In this document: piece after piece, positions 1 to 9,328 of the stretch | Position numbering within the stretch: the first letter of the stretch is position 1 | Layout of the letters: every line of letters starts with the position of its first letter | Source: Myxococcales bacterium | GTDB lineage: Bacteria; Myxococcota_A; Polyangia; Polyangiales; Polyangiaceae | Assembly: GCA_043747615.1 (NCBI GenBank) | Contig: JAYTOU010000024.1 | Location: 67,295 to 131,294, forward strand | Length of the DNA: 64,000 nucleotides | Reading direction: 5' to 3' | Notes under the pieces: model-generated | Seen by the model: only the letters and a program-made list of their open reading frames with translations | Databases searched by the model: none | Told to the model about the DNA's origin: nothing | Translations under genes and position numbers: made by a program

Positions 1-2
1 GC

Positions 3-1088
3 GACGCCGACGTCGATCGCCTGAGCGCACTCACCCAAGGCGGCTCGTGCGCTCTCCTGGCGGGCGCTCTCCCCACCGACGGCGATCTCCAAAGCGCGAC
101 GTGCAAGCTCCTCGACGTGGGCTGCGTTGCGCCGGTGACCAAGGCTCCGGCGCACATGCCGACGACGTACCCTGTTCTCCTCGTCAACGGGATCGATACC
201 TCGCCGCTCTTTCGCTACAGCGATCGAATCGTGAAAACGATGACCGAGGTCGGCGGGCATCGCGTGTTTCTCGCCACGCTCACTCCCTACGAGGCTCCAC
301 GAAGCCGCGCTCCCGAGCTGTGGACGCGCATCCAGGAAGTACGCAAGACCACAGGCGCGGCGAAGGTGAATCTGATCTGTCACTCGCTGGGAGGGCTCGA
401 TTGCCGCTATGCCGTGAGCCCTAGCGGCCTTCGCGCCGACACGGGCGAGGACGTCGCCTCGGCCGTGGCTTCGATCACGACCGTGGGCACCGCTCATCGC
501 GGAACGCGCATCGCCGATGTCCTCCTCGGGCTCACTCCCGACGGCGACCGCGGCAAGACGATCGAAGATTTCGCGACCCTCGTTGGAGACTGGTTCAGCG
601 ACGATCGACTGCAGAGTAATCTCCACTTGAAGGAAGCGCTGAGGGCGTTGAGCACGGCGAATGCGCCCGCGTTCAATGCGGAGATCGTCGACGCTCCCGG
701 CATCTACTACCAGTCGTGGGGCGGCTTCAGTCGGCCCTTCGGAATGACCACACCCGAGCACGACGCCCGGGTCGCGGAGGAGTGTCGCACGACGAGCGGT
801 GAGGACGGCAACCCCGACTTCAGGGCTCACGACTACATGGCTCTCACCCTGATTCCGTTCACGGATGTGGTCGGTCGCGTCACCGAAGGGTCCAGCGATC
901 TGACTCCGAACGACGGCCTCACCGCGCTCAGCTCTGCGAAGTGGGGCAACTTCCGCGGCTGCATCCCCGCCGACCACATGGAGCAGCTCGGTCAGCGCAA
1001 CATCCCCGACGTCAACGTGAGAACGGGCTTCGACGTTGCGCGCTTCTACACCAACGTGGCCGACGATCTCCAGGCGCGAGGCTACTGA
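3..1088 (+). CDS. Alpha/beta-hydrolase, triacylglycerol lipase/esterase family (5' end outside window)
   Basis: Frame open from position 3. YPVLLVNG oxyanion region, nucleophile motif ICHSLGG, TVGTAHRGT, PNDG and ADHMEQLG (Asp/His of triad). Confidence 0.85.
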   Translation, partial: DADVDRLSALTQGGSCALLAGALPTDGDLQSATCKLLDVGCVAPVTKAPAHMPTTYPVLLVNGIDTSPLFRYSDRIVKTMTEVGGHRVFLATLTPYEAPRSRAPELWTRIQEVRKTTGAAKVNLICHSLGGLDCRYAVSPSGLRADTGEDVASAVASITTVGTAHRGTRIADVLLGLTPDGDRGKTIEDFATLVGDWFSDDRLQSNLHLKEALRALSTANAPAFNAEIVDAPGIYYQSWGGFSRPFGMTTPEHDARVAEECRTTSGEDGNPDFRAHDYMALTLIPFTDVVGRVTEGSSDLTPNDGLTALSSAKWGNFRGCIPADHMEQLGQRNIPDVNVRTGFDVARFYTNVADDLQARGY

Positions 1089-1636
1089 TGCGCCTCCTCG
1101 CCCGAGTCTTCGCGGTTCTTGCGGCGCCCATGGGAGCGCTTATTTTCGCGGCGTGTGCGCCAGAAGAGCCGGTGCCCGCGGACGTGTGCGCGCAGGCGAC
1201 GCAGGTGTTCACGCGGTGTGGGGTGACCCTGCCGCTGCTTGCAGATCGGCCGTGCACCGGAGCCACGCAGGCCGTCGCACGCTGCGTTGCCGCGCATGCG
1301 AAGAACTGCGAAGACCTGGCAAACCTCACCCAGCGGCTCGACGCGTGCGTCGCCGAGGAGCTCGACGGCGGAGATCTCACCCCCGCCGAAGACCTGCCGT
1401 TTCCCACCTTTGGTGAAGCGGGAGCGGATGCCGCGATCGATGCTCGTGCGGCCGCCGACGCGGATCTCTACGTCAAGCAGACCAGCAAGCCGACGACGGT
1501 CAGCTACGACCGCCGCCCCTTCCTCGCCGATTCGAACGAGAGCTGCACGATCAGCCTCACGTCACCCACGGTCGTCTTCGTGATGGTGCGCGGGGCAGCC
1601 ACGACCTCCACGTACACGCTGAAGGGGCACCCATGA
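1088..1636 (+). CDS. Cys-rich lipoprotein ending in a partial PPC (pre-peptidase C-terminal) domain
   Basis: ATG overlaps lipase stop (TGATG). Lipobox-like IFAAC. C-terminal DADLYVKQTSKPTTVSYDRRPF...NESC...VMVRG resembles the second half of PPC domains. Confidence 0.6.
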   Translation: MRLLARVFAVLAAPMGALIFAACAPEEPVPADVCAQATQVFTRCGVTLPLLADRPCTGATQAVARCVAAHAKNCEDLANLTQRLDACVAEELDGGDLTPAEDLPFPTFGEAGADAAIDARAAADADLYVKQTSKPTTVSYDRRPFLADSNESCTISLTSPTVVFVMVRGAATTSTYTLKGHP

Positions 1637-4041
1637 AGAAGCAGAGCTTGACGAAGACGAGCGGCGATGGCGCGAAGCGCTTCGAGAAGCTGGGCGCGGC
1701 CCTCGGCGTGCTCGTCACTGGTCACCCGTGGAAGACCGTCGCCGTCAGCGTCCTGTTCTTCCTCGTCTTTGCTCTTGGCCTTTTTCGCGCGAAGTTCTCA
1801 ACGGATTACCGGATTTTCTTCTCGAAGGAGGATCCCGGCCTCACGTCGTTCGAGAAGCTCGAGAGCGTCTTTACGAAAACCGACAACGTACTTTTCGTCG
1901 TGAAGGCCAAGGACGGAAGCGTGTTCCAGCCCGACGCGCTCGCGGCCATTCAGGAGCTCACCCTCGCCAGCTCCCGTTTGCCGTATGCCTCACGGGTCGA
2001 CTCGCTCACGAACTTTCAACACGTGACCGCCACAGCGGACGACATCACCTCGGGGGACCTCGTCGCCAAACCCGGCCTGATGCTCGACGAGTCGGAGCTG
2101 GCGAACATTCGCGCGGTGGCCGCCGGCGAGCCGCTCGTCGTGGGGAGTCTCCTCAGCCGTGACTTCCGAACCGGCGCGGTCAACGTGACGCTCCGACTTC
2201 CCGCGAAGGACCCGGAGGAGGTCACCCAGGCCGCCGACGCCGCGCGCGTGCTCGTCGCTGAAGTGGGGGCGAAGTATCCGCGGGTCGAAATCCGCGCTTC
2301 GGGGATGGCCTTCATGAACGACGCCTTCATGCAGACCTCGGTCAAGGATCTCGGGGTGATGATCCCGCTGATGGTCGCGGTGATGCTCATTGGGATGGTC
2401 CTCGTGATGCGAAGCGCCGCGGCCACGGGAGCGGTCGCGAGCATCCTCACGCTCTCGGCGACGATGACCATCGCCGTTGCGGGCTGGCTACGCTATCCGC
2501 TCACGCCTCCAGCCATTGCTGCGCCGATGATCGTCCTCACCGTGGCCGTCGCAGACGGGGTGCACGTCGTCCTCGCGATGATGGAGGCGATGCACGCGGG
2601 CGCATCTCGCCGCGACGCAATCGCGAAGTCGCTCGAGACGAACCTCGAAGCCATCACGTACACGTGGATCACCACCATCGTGGGCTTCTTGTGTCTGAAT
2701 TATTCGGAAGCCCCGCCGGTCCGTCATCTCGCGAACATGACCTGCGTCGGAGTCACCATGGCGTTCGTCTACTCGTTCACGCTTCTGCCCGCGCTTCTTT
2801 CGCTCCTGCCAATCCACGCGCGACAGGCTGCGCAGCCGCAGAGGATCGCCTTCATGGAGCGAATGGCCGACTTCGTCATTCGCCGTCGTAGGCTCGTCCT
2901 CATCGTCTCGGCGGTGGTGACTGCGGTGAGCGGCGTCTACGCCTCACGCCTGGAGACGAACGATCAGTTCGTTCGCTACTTCGACGAGTCGCTGCCGTTC
3001 CGCAAGGACGTCGAGTTCACGATGGCGAACCTCTCCGGAATCTACCGACTCGAGTACCAAGTAGCGAGCGCGGGCCCCTCCGGGATCGCCGATCCGGTGT
3101 ACCTCGAGAACCTCGACGCTTTTGCGGTGTGGCTGCGCGCGCAACCCGAAGTGGAGCACGTCTACAGCATCGCGGACGTTCTCAAGCGGGTGAACCAGGT
3201 CATGCACGACGATGATCGGGCTTTTTACCGAGCGCCGGAGTCGCGCGAAGCCGCAGCACAGGAGCTGCTCCTGTACGAGATGGGTCTCCCCTCGGGGCAA
3301 GATCTGACCGATCGGATCAACGTCGACAAATCTGCGGCGCGGCTGACCGTCACCGTGCGCGACATGTCCACCCGGCAGATGACGGAGTTTACCGCGCGTG
3401 CGGAGACCTGGATGCGCGATCACACGCCGCGCTTCATGTGGACCTCTGCCACCGGGCCCGTCGTCATCTTCTCCCAGCTCAGCGATCGCAACGCGCGCAG
3501 CATGGTGCAAGGGGATTTCGTCTCACTCGCGCTCATCTCGCTCTGCATGATCGTCGTTCTGCGTAGCCTTAAGCTCGGGCTCCTCAGCATCATCCCGAAC
3601 GTCATTCCGATCGTCATCGGGTATGGGCTTTGGAAACTCTTCGTCGGTCAGATGAACATCGTCGCCTCCGTCGCCGGAAGCATCAGCCTCGGGATCATCG
3701 TCGACGACACCATTCACTTTCTCACCAAGTATCAGGCGCTTCTCCGCACCAAGCGCATCACGCCCGAGGACGCCATGCGTCAGACTCTCGCGCACATCGG
3801 ACCCGCGATGCTCGGAACGAGCGCGATCCTCGTCCTCGGCTTCGGTGTGCTCACCTTCTCGTCCTTCCAGATGACGAGCTACCTCGGGTGGCTCAGCGTG
3901 ATCATCGTGAGCGTCGCTCCGATGGCGGACTTGGTCCTCGCGCCCGCACTCATCATCACCCTCACCAAAGAACGTGCGCCCGAAGCTGTGGGCGACTCGG
4001 AATCGATCGAACTTCAATCCATGCAAACGGGTGCGTCATGA
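1633..4041 (+). CDS. MMPL/RND-superfamily transporter
   Basis: 802 aa with two repeats of TM + periplasmic domain + 5 TM. Motifs VAVADGVH and GIIVDDTIHF. ATGA overlap with upstream gene. Confidence 0.9.
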   Translation: MKKQSLTKTSGDGAKRFEKLGAALGVLVTGHPWKTVAVSVLFFLVFALGLFRAKFSTDYRIFFSKEDPGLTSFEKLESVFTKTDNVLFVVKAKDGSVFQPDALAAIQELTLASSRLPYASRVDSLTNFQHVTATADDITSGDLVAKPGLMLDESELANIRAVAAGEPLVVGSLLSRDFRTGAVNVTLRLPAKDPEEVTQAADAARVLVAEVGAKYPRVEIRASGMAFMNDAFMQTSVKDLGVMIPLMVAVMLIGMVLVMRSAAATGAVASILTLSATMTIAVAGWLRYPLTPPAIAAPMIVLTVAVADGVHVVLAMMEAMHAGASRRDAIAKSLETNLEAITYTWITTIVGFLCLNYSEAPPVRHLANMTCVGVTMAFVYSFTLLPALLSLLPIHARQAAQPQRIAFMERMADFVIRRRRLVLIVSAVVTAVSGVYASRLETNDQFVRYFDESLPFRKDVEFTMANLSGIYRLEYQVASAGPSGIADPVYLENLDAFAVWLRAQPEVEHVYSIADVLKRVNQVMHDDDRAFYRAPESREAAAQELLLYEMGLPSGQDLTDRINVDKSAARLTVTVRDMSTRQMTEFTARAETWMRDHTPRFMWTSATGPVVIFSQLSDRNARSMVQGDFVSLALISLCMIVVLRSLKLGLLSIIPNVIPIVIGYGLWKLFVGQMNIVASVAGSISLGIIVDDTIHFLTKYQALLRTKRITPEDAMRQTLAHIGPAMLGTSAILVLGFGVLTFSSFQMTSYLGWLSVIIVSVAPMADLVLAPALIITLTKERAPEAVGDSESIELQSMQTGAS

Positions 4042-4847
4042 AACTAGCGAATTTACTCTTCGGATGTGTGCTTCTCACGGCGAACGTCGCAGACGCGAAG
4101 ACGGCAGAGGAGCTCTCGAGCCGAGGTACCGCGGAGGAGAAGGGGCAGGCCATCGCCATGGAAGTCGGCGCGCGCAACTCGGGCTACCACGACCTCGGAG
4201 GCGAGGTGGAGATGGTGCTCCGCGACGCGGGGGGCGGAGAGGCCAAGCGCCGCTTCACGATCAAGGTCCTCGAGAAACCCGACCCTGCCGCGGGCGACTA
4301 CTCGCTCATCGTTTTCGACACTCCGGCGGACGTAAAGGGGACGGCGGTGCTCTCCCACGCCAAGCCCGGGAGCGAGGACGATCAGTGGCTCTACCTTCCG
4401 TCGGCCCATCGCGTGAAGAGGATCTCGTCGTCGAATCGCACGGGATCGTTCGTCGGAAGCGAGTTCTCGTTCGAGGATCTCACGGGAAATGACGGGCGAA
4501 AGTACGACTGGAAGCTGCTCGGCACGCAGCCCTGCGCTTCGGGTCAGTGCTTCACGGTCGAGGCCGCTCTGAAGGATCCTGCCTCGGCGTATTCGAAGCG
4601 AGTGCTCACGATCGACACGACGGAGCTCCGTGTGCAGACGATCGATTTTTACGATCGCAAGAGCGCGCGCGTGAAGACCCTCACCTACGACAACTACAAG
4701 AAGCTGAAGAACAAGTTCTGGCGCGCGCACACCTGGACGATGAAGAACCACGTCTCCGGCAAGAGCACGGTCGTCAACTTCACCTCGATGCGTCTCGAGA
4801 ACGGCTACACCGTCAACGACTTTGCGACGGCGAAGCTCGGCGATTGA
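4038..4847 (+). CDS. Outer-membrane lipoprotein-sorting (LolA-like) periplasmic protein
   Basis: ATG at 4038 overlaps RND stop. Signal peptide. PADVKGTAVL, DDQWLYLPSAHRVKRI and SFVGSEFSFEDL are typical of this family. Confidence 0.85.
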   Translation: MKLANLLFGCVLLTANVADAKTAEELSSRGTAEEKGQAIAMEVGARNSGYHDLGGEVEMVLRDAGGGEAKRRFTIKVLEKPDPAAGDYSLIVFDTPADVKGTAVLSHAKPGSEDDQWLYLPSAHRVKRISSSNRTGSFVGSEFSFEDLTGNDGRKYDWKLLGTQPCASGQCFTVEAALKDPASAYSKRVLTIDTTELRVQTIDFYDRKSARVKTLTYDNYKKLKNKFWRAHTWTMKNHVSGKSTVVNFTSMRLENGYTVNDFATAKLGD

Positions 4848-4872
4848 CGCATCTTCGTCTCGCCATGCCGCC

Positions 4873-6063
4873 ATGCTTCTTCGCGCCGTCGCTCCGTTCC
4901 TCGGGCTCGTGCTCCTTCAGGGGTGCGCGTCCTCCTCCGTGCAGACCACGGGCTACGTCGCGGCGGACGGGCGCGCTTTCTGGCACAGGCCCAAGTACGT
5001 CGGGCAGGAGCAGGGCACCGGAGTGTCGCTGGTGGCCGAGCCGGAGGTCGATCTAAAGACGGAGAGCAAGACCCATTCGATCGCGATTCGCCCTTTCTAC
5101 AGGCTCGATCCGAACGACGAGAAGCGCTCGCACGCGGACGTCCGGCAGGCGAGCTACAAGCTGTCTCTCGAGCACTTCGAGCTCAGCGCCGGCGCGGGGA
5201 TCTTCACGTGGGGGGTGCTCGAGTCCTACCGACCCACCGACATCCTCAACCAGACCGACTTTGTCGAGAACGTCGACGGCACGGCGAAGCTCGGTCAGCC
5301 GTACGCAAGCGTCGGCTGGATCGGCGAGTCCGCGTCACTTCGTCTCTACTACCTGCCCTACTTTCGCGAGCGCACCTTTCAAGGCGTACGCGGGCGCCTT
5401 CGCTTTCCCACGGTGATCGACACCGACGATCCGCTCTTCGGATCGCGTTTCAAGCAATGGCAGCCGAGCGGAGCCGCGCGCTTCACGTTGAACGTAGGCG
5501 ACTTTGATTTCGGAGCCGGTCTCTTTACCGGTCTGTCGCGCGAGCCTCGCTTCGTCGCCGAGCTCACCAGCGGTCAGCTCGTTCCCCAGTACGATCTCAT
5601 CCACCAGGGATCGGTCGACGCCCAGTGGACCGTCGGCCCCTTCGTGCTCAAGGCCGAAGGCTTCGTCCGCCTCTGGTCGCCGAAGCTCCGGGCGTTTGGG
5701 GGCGGAGGAGCCGGTGTAGACTACACACTTTTCAAGATTGTGGGAGACGCCGACCTCAGCTTTGCGGGCGAGTATCTCTTCGACACCCGCCCCTTCGACG
5801 CGCCGCCGACGTTCTTCAACCACGATGGATTCTTCGGCCTCCGCCTGGCCATGAACGATCCGTCGAGCACCGAAATTCTTGCCGGTGCGATCGCCGACGT
5901 CGTCGACGGATCGACCTTCGCGCGGGTGGGCGGGAGCCGCAGATTTGGAGAGCACTGGAAGGCGTTCCTGGGGGCCAACGTATTTCTTGGGCCGAGTGGA
6001 AAGCTGGAGAGCTCGTTCCTCAAGGACAACTACGCACAGTGTCGCGTCGCCTACTTTTTCTGA
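4873..6063 (+). CDS. Putative outer-membrane beta-barrel of the RND/LolA-like operon
   Basis: Signal peptide, alternating amphipathic strands, WG..E...PTDILNQTD motif, C-terminal YFF. Confidence 0.7.
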   Translation: MLLRAVAPFLGLVLLQGCASSSVQTTGYVAADGRAFWHRPKYVGQEQGTGVSLVAEPEVDLKTESKTHSIAIRPFYRLDPNDEKRSHADVRQASYKLSLEHFELSAGAGIFTWGVLESYRPTDILNQTDFVENVDGTAKLGQPYASVGWIGESASLRLYYLPYFRERTFQGVRGRLRFPTVIDTDDPLFGSRFKQWQPSGAARFTLNVGDFDFGAGLFTGLSREPRFVAELTSGQLVPQYDLIHQGSVDAQWTVGPFVLKAEGFVRLWSPKLRAFGGGGAGVDYTLFKIVGDADLSFAGEYLFDTRPFDAPPTFFNHDGFFGLRLAMNDPSSTEILAGAIADVVDGSTFARVGGSRRFGEHWKAFLGANVFLGPSGKLESSFLKDNYAQCRVAYFF

Positions 6064-6169
6064 TCGCGCCGCGACGGAGATTTTCGCGGTCGGCGCGGGT
6101 GGGACGATCCTCCGACGTACAGAGAGCGGGTGGGTCTCCGAGGCGAGCGGCACGACGGAGACGCTGCGA
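6062..6169 (+). pseudogene. Orphan fragment of one beta-propeller blade (Ycf48/BNR-like repeat)
   Basis: Reads EIFAVGAGGTILRRTESGWVSEASGTTETLR with no own start codon, directly after the barrel stop. Confidence 0.45.
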
Positions 6170-6299
6170 TACCCGGGCTGCCGAGGGGCTGCCGCATCCG
6201 CTCGTCGAGGATGCGCTGATCGCATAAAGCTTGGACTTGACTATGTAGGATACTTAGCTACATACGCGCATGTCGCTCTTCCGAAAGGCTCTTTTTCCA

Positions 6300-7280
6300 A
6301 TGCGTTCTTCCGTCTTCGCCCTTGGTTTCGCCGTTGCCTTTCTCTCTGCATGCGCCGCCCACGTCGAGACGCAGGCAGACGACACGACCGAGGACGCGCT
6401 CTCGAGCAACCGCAACAGCGGATACTTCGTCGTCACCCAACGTGACGCCCGCCGGTGCGTCTCGCCGATCTGCGGCGGCTACTACGTCAAGCGCGTGAAC
6501 GCGACGAAGACCTCGTGCGCGGACGGCGTTGCCCGCACCGAGTGTTACGTCTCGGAGATCAACCTAGACGCCCTCGCGCTGAGCAGCACCGGGCTCGATG
6601 CCTTCAACACCAAGCTCACGTCCGGCGGCGCGCTCGTCCGCGCATCCATCCAGAAGTTCGTCTTTGGGAGCAGCCAACTCGGCAAGCTCGTGGCGACCGA
6701 AGGCTGGGCTGGCGCAACGGGATCGCCGTCCACGGGGGCCTTCTATCGCGTGGCCGACAACGGCATCCGCTGCATCCGCGCACCGTGCCCGTCGACGACG
6801 GCCGGCAAGCTCAACTCCATCAGCACGCAGAGCGTAGTGGGCGTCGACTTCACTTCGACTGCCGTCGCGGCCAGCACGACCGCGCTCGATGCGGCGTCCG
6901 TGGCGCTCGGCACTCACGAAGGCGTGCTCGTCTCGGGCAACCCGGCCTCGGCGCGCTGCGCATCAGGCAGCACGAGCTGCGACACCACGATGGTCACGAA
7001 CGAATTCTTCCTTCGTATTACGCACTCCACCGACACGCTCGGTCAATCGTGCGGCGGACGTGGACAGCAGGCCTGCGCCACCGGGCAGTTCTGCTCCTGG
7101 GACCTCGCGGGCATTTGCGGAGCGGCGGACGCACCCGGTCACTGCGCCGCTCGCCCCCACATCTGCTTGGAGGTTTACAACCCGGTCTGCAGCTGCGACG
7201 GCCACACCTACTCGAATTCGTGCTTCGCCGCCGCCGCTGGGGCGTCCGTCGCGTCGACTGGTGCCTGCGCGCCGCACTGA
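6300..7280 (+). CDS. Lipoprotein with two DUF6748-like repeats and a C-terminal Kazal-type domain
   Basis: Lipobox FLSAC. RDARRCVSPICGG and DNGIRCIRAPCP motifs. Kazal-like CLEVYNPVCSCDGHTYSNSC. Alternative start 6270. Confidence 0.7.
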   Translation: MRSSVFALGFAVAFLSACAAHVETQADDTTEDALSSNRNSGYFVVTQRDARRCVSPICGGYYVKRVNATKTSCADGVARTECYVSEINLDALALSSTGLDAFNTKLTSGGALVRASIQKFVFGSSQLGKLVATEGWAGATGSPSTGAFYRVADNGIRCIRAPCPSTTAGKLNSISTQSVVGVDFTSTAVAASTTALDAASVALGTHEGVLVSGNPASARCASGSTSCDTTMVTNEFFLRITHSTDTLGQSCGGRGQQACATGQFCSWDLAGICGAADAPGHCAARPHICLEVYNPVCSCDGHTYSNSCFAAAAGASVASTGACAPH

Positions 7281-7312
7281 TCCGGGGCGTCGAGCATTGG
7301 CCATCGAGCCTT

Positions 7313-7341
7313 CTTCGCACCCGTCTTCGCACCCGTCTTCG
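7313..7341. repeat. 12-bp tandem repeat (CTTCGCACCCGT x2 plus partial copy)
   Basis: Copies at 7313-7324 and 7325-7336. Encodes KTGA repeats on the minus strand within a Lys-rich stretch. Confidence 0.7.
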
Positions 7342-7464
7342 GCTTACGTTTCGCGACGCGCTTCTTGGTCGTCGTCTTCGGCCTCGTCTTTTTCGCGGCC
7401 TTCTTCGCACAAACCTTGGGAAGAAAATCGAGGTTTTTTGCCAGTGCGCGTGGGTCTTCCGTCG

Positions 7465-8226
7465 CTACGGGTCCGAGCACTTCACTTTTCCGTTGCGTCC
7501 GGGCTCCGCGCAAACGTGAGAAGCGCACTGCATGGCTTCGCACGAACCGCAGAGTGAAGGGCAGTCCTGCCCCACGCACCACGAGCTGCCGCAGCAGATC
7601 CCGTTGCCGGGGTCTACGTCGGCCGGACACGACGTCGGGGCGGAGTCGATCTGAAGCCCCGCGTCGAAGGGCGCGCCAGCATCGGCTGCGCTCGAATCGG
7701 GCGCTTGGGAACCTGCGTCTTCGCGTGCGGCGCCGGCGTCTCCGCACTCGGACGGGGATGCACACGGGGCGGCTGACGAGACGCAGCGCCCATCGGCGCA
7801 TGTTTCGTTCGATGCGCAGGTCACGCTCAAGCAGGCGGCTCGCATCACCACGGGCACGTCGATGAGCTCGTGCGGCGTGTAACGAAGCAGCCGGCGCGCG
7901 ACCATGCAGTCACTCGGGTCGGATCCGCAGGTGCGGGGGTCCTTTCCGGCGAGCGCCGTCGTCACCTCGATGACAAGCGCGGCACTCTCGTCGCCGCTCG
8001 GGACCAAGACCAGTGATCCAATCTTGCCTGCGGAATCGCAGCGGGTGGTGACGGCGACGGGGGCTCGTGATTGGAAGTCCGACGGTGTGCCCGCGGTGAA
8101 CGCGGTTGTGACCGTCTTCTTGCTCTCGCAAGGAATGTCCGTGCTCACCTCGAGCATCACTCCCGTCGCTCCCCGGCACCCGCTCACGAGGAGAAGAAGC
8201 GCAAGGACGGTTCCCGATCGCGCCAT
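7465..8226 (-). CDS. Cys-rich lipoprotein, hypothetical
   Basis: Lipobox LVSGC, KIGSLVLVPSG and CMVARR..Y motifs, DAG linker, Cys-rich tail. Confidence 0.75.
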   Translation of the reverse strand: MARSGTVLALLLLVSGCRGATGVMLEVSTDIPCESKKTVTTAFTAGTPSDFQSRAPVAVTTRCDSAGKIGSLVLVPSGDESAALVIEVTTALAGKDPRTCGSDPSDCMVARRLLRYTPHELIDVPVVMRAACLSVTCASNETCADGRCVSSAAPCASPSECGDAGAAREDAGSQAPDSSAADAGAPFDAGLQIDSAPTSCPADVDPGNGICCGSSWCVGQDCPSLCGSCEAMQCASHVCAEPGRNGKVKCSDP

Positions 8227-8620
8227 GACCGCCGGTGTGCACTCCTTATGCCAGCAACCATGCCCCCGGTAATCAGCGCGAATGCCTTCAGATGATTTTC
8301 GCAGAGGACGAGGGGCTCACCGTGTGTGGAAGCCGGACCGCCCCGAGTCGCCAAACCGCCACATACGACCACGAGAAAACCGAAGCGAATCCGAGATGCG
8401 TGACGCCTTGGCGCGGCCGTTGCTGACGGTCGCCGCAACGGTTGGAACAACGGGAACATCGCCAAAAGTCCACGTGCCTCGGTGACGCCGAGTGCGGTGT
8501 CGGGCAGCTTTGCAAAAAGGAGTCTGGCGCAGTGTCGGGTACGTGCGCCAAGCCGTGAGGCAGGCCCGGGTCGATTGACCTAGCGTCGATTGACCTCGCG
8601 GAAGGCGCGCACCCGCACGA

Positions 8621-9130
8621 TCAAAGACACATCGGCAACGTGCGCGTCATGGTTACCGTGCACGTGTTGCCCCCAGCCGAGGGACACGCCAGGGTCAACG
8701 TCGCGGGGAGCGCCCACGTGGCAACGCATTCGGCGTGGTGAATATCGCCGACGACGAGGACGCCGGTCCGGAAGCTGCCGTCGGCCTGCGCTTCGAGTTT
8801 GCCGTTGACCCCCGTGCCCGGAGAGGTGAACTGGAGCGCGCAGTTGCCATTGACGCTGGTCGTGGTGGAGATGCACTCCTTTGCACTCTTGTCGAAGCCC
8901 CCGCAGTCGCCCGTGTCGTTCATCGAGTACGCGCCAGCGATGAGCGGCGGACACATGACTCCCGTTGCGGTGTCGCCCTTCGCGCCGTCGCCACCCGCGG
9001 CCGCGTCGGGCGCGCCCGGCGCTGCGTCGTCGACGAACTGGTACGACTTTCCGAGACCGGTGACAGCTGTGCAAGCCAGCGCGGGAACGAGGAAACCAAC
9101 CACGATCGCCGAGCGCCTCCGATTTGCCAT
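8621..9130 (-). CDS. Cys-containing lipoprotein, hypothetical
   Basis: Basic N-terminus, hydrophobic stretch and ALAC lipobox, followed by a DAA-rich linker. Confidence 0.65.
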   Translation of the reverse strand: MANRRRSAIVVGFLVPALACTAVTGLGKSYQFVDDAAPGAPDAAAGGDGAKGDTATGVMCPPLIAGAYSMNDTGDCGGFDKSAKECISTTTSVNGNCALQFTSPGTGVNGKLEAQADGSFRTGVLVVGDIHHAECVATWALPATLTLACPSAGGNTCTVTMTRTLPMCL

Positions 9131-9328
9131 ACCTCATTGTAGCCGAAAGGCCGCGCGATGTTGATGACGCGGCACCTTCTGCGGAAGGTGGACGCTCGTT
9201 GCACTATGCATCCTTGGCGCATCGCTCTACCAAGGGAGTCGCCGAGGTTCTTGCGTACGGAACGGCCGTTCGTCTCGAGCGCTAGGCCGAGTCATGGTCA
9301 CCGCGCGACGCGGTCTCCCGGAGCCTGG

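Noticed and set aside
9173..9190. Hairpin CACCTTC-TGCG-GAAGGTG as an intrinsic terminator
   Set aside because: No U-tract on either side, and short GC-rich stems arise readily by chance.
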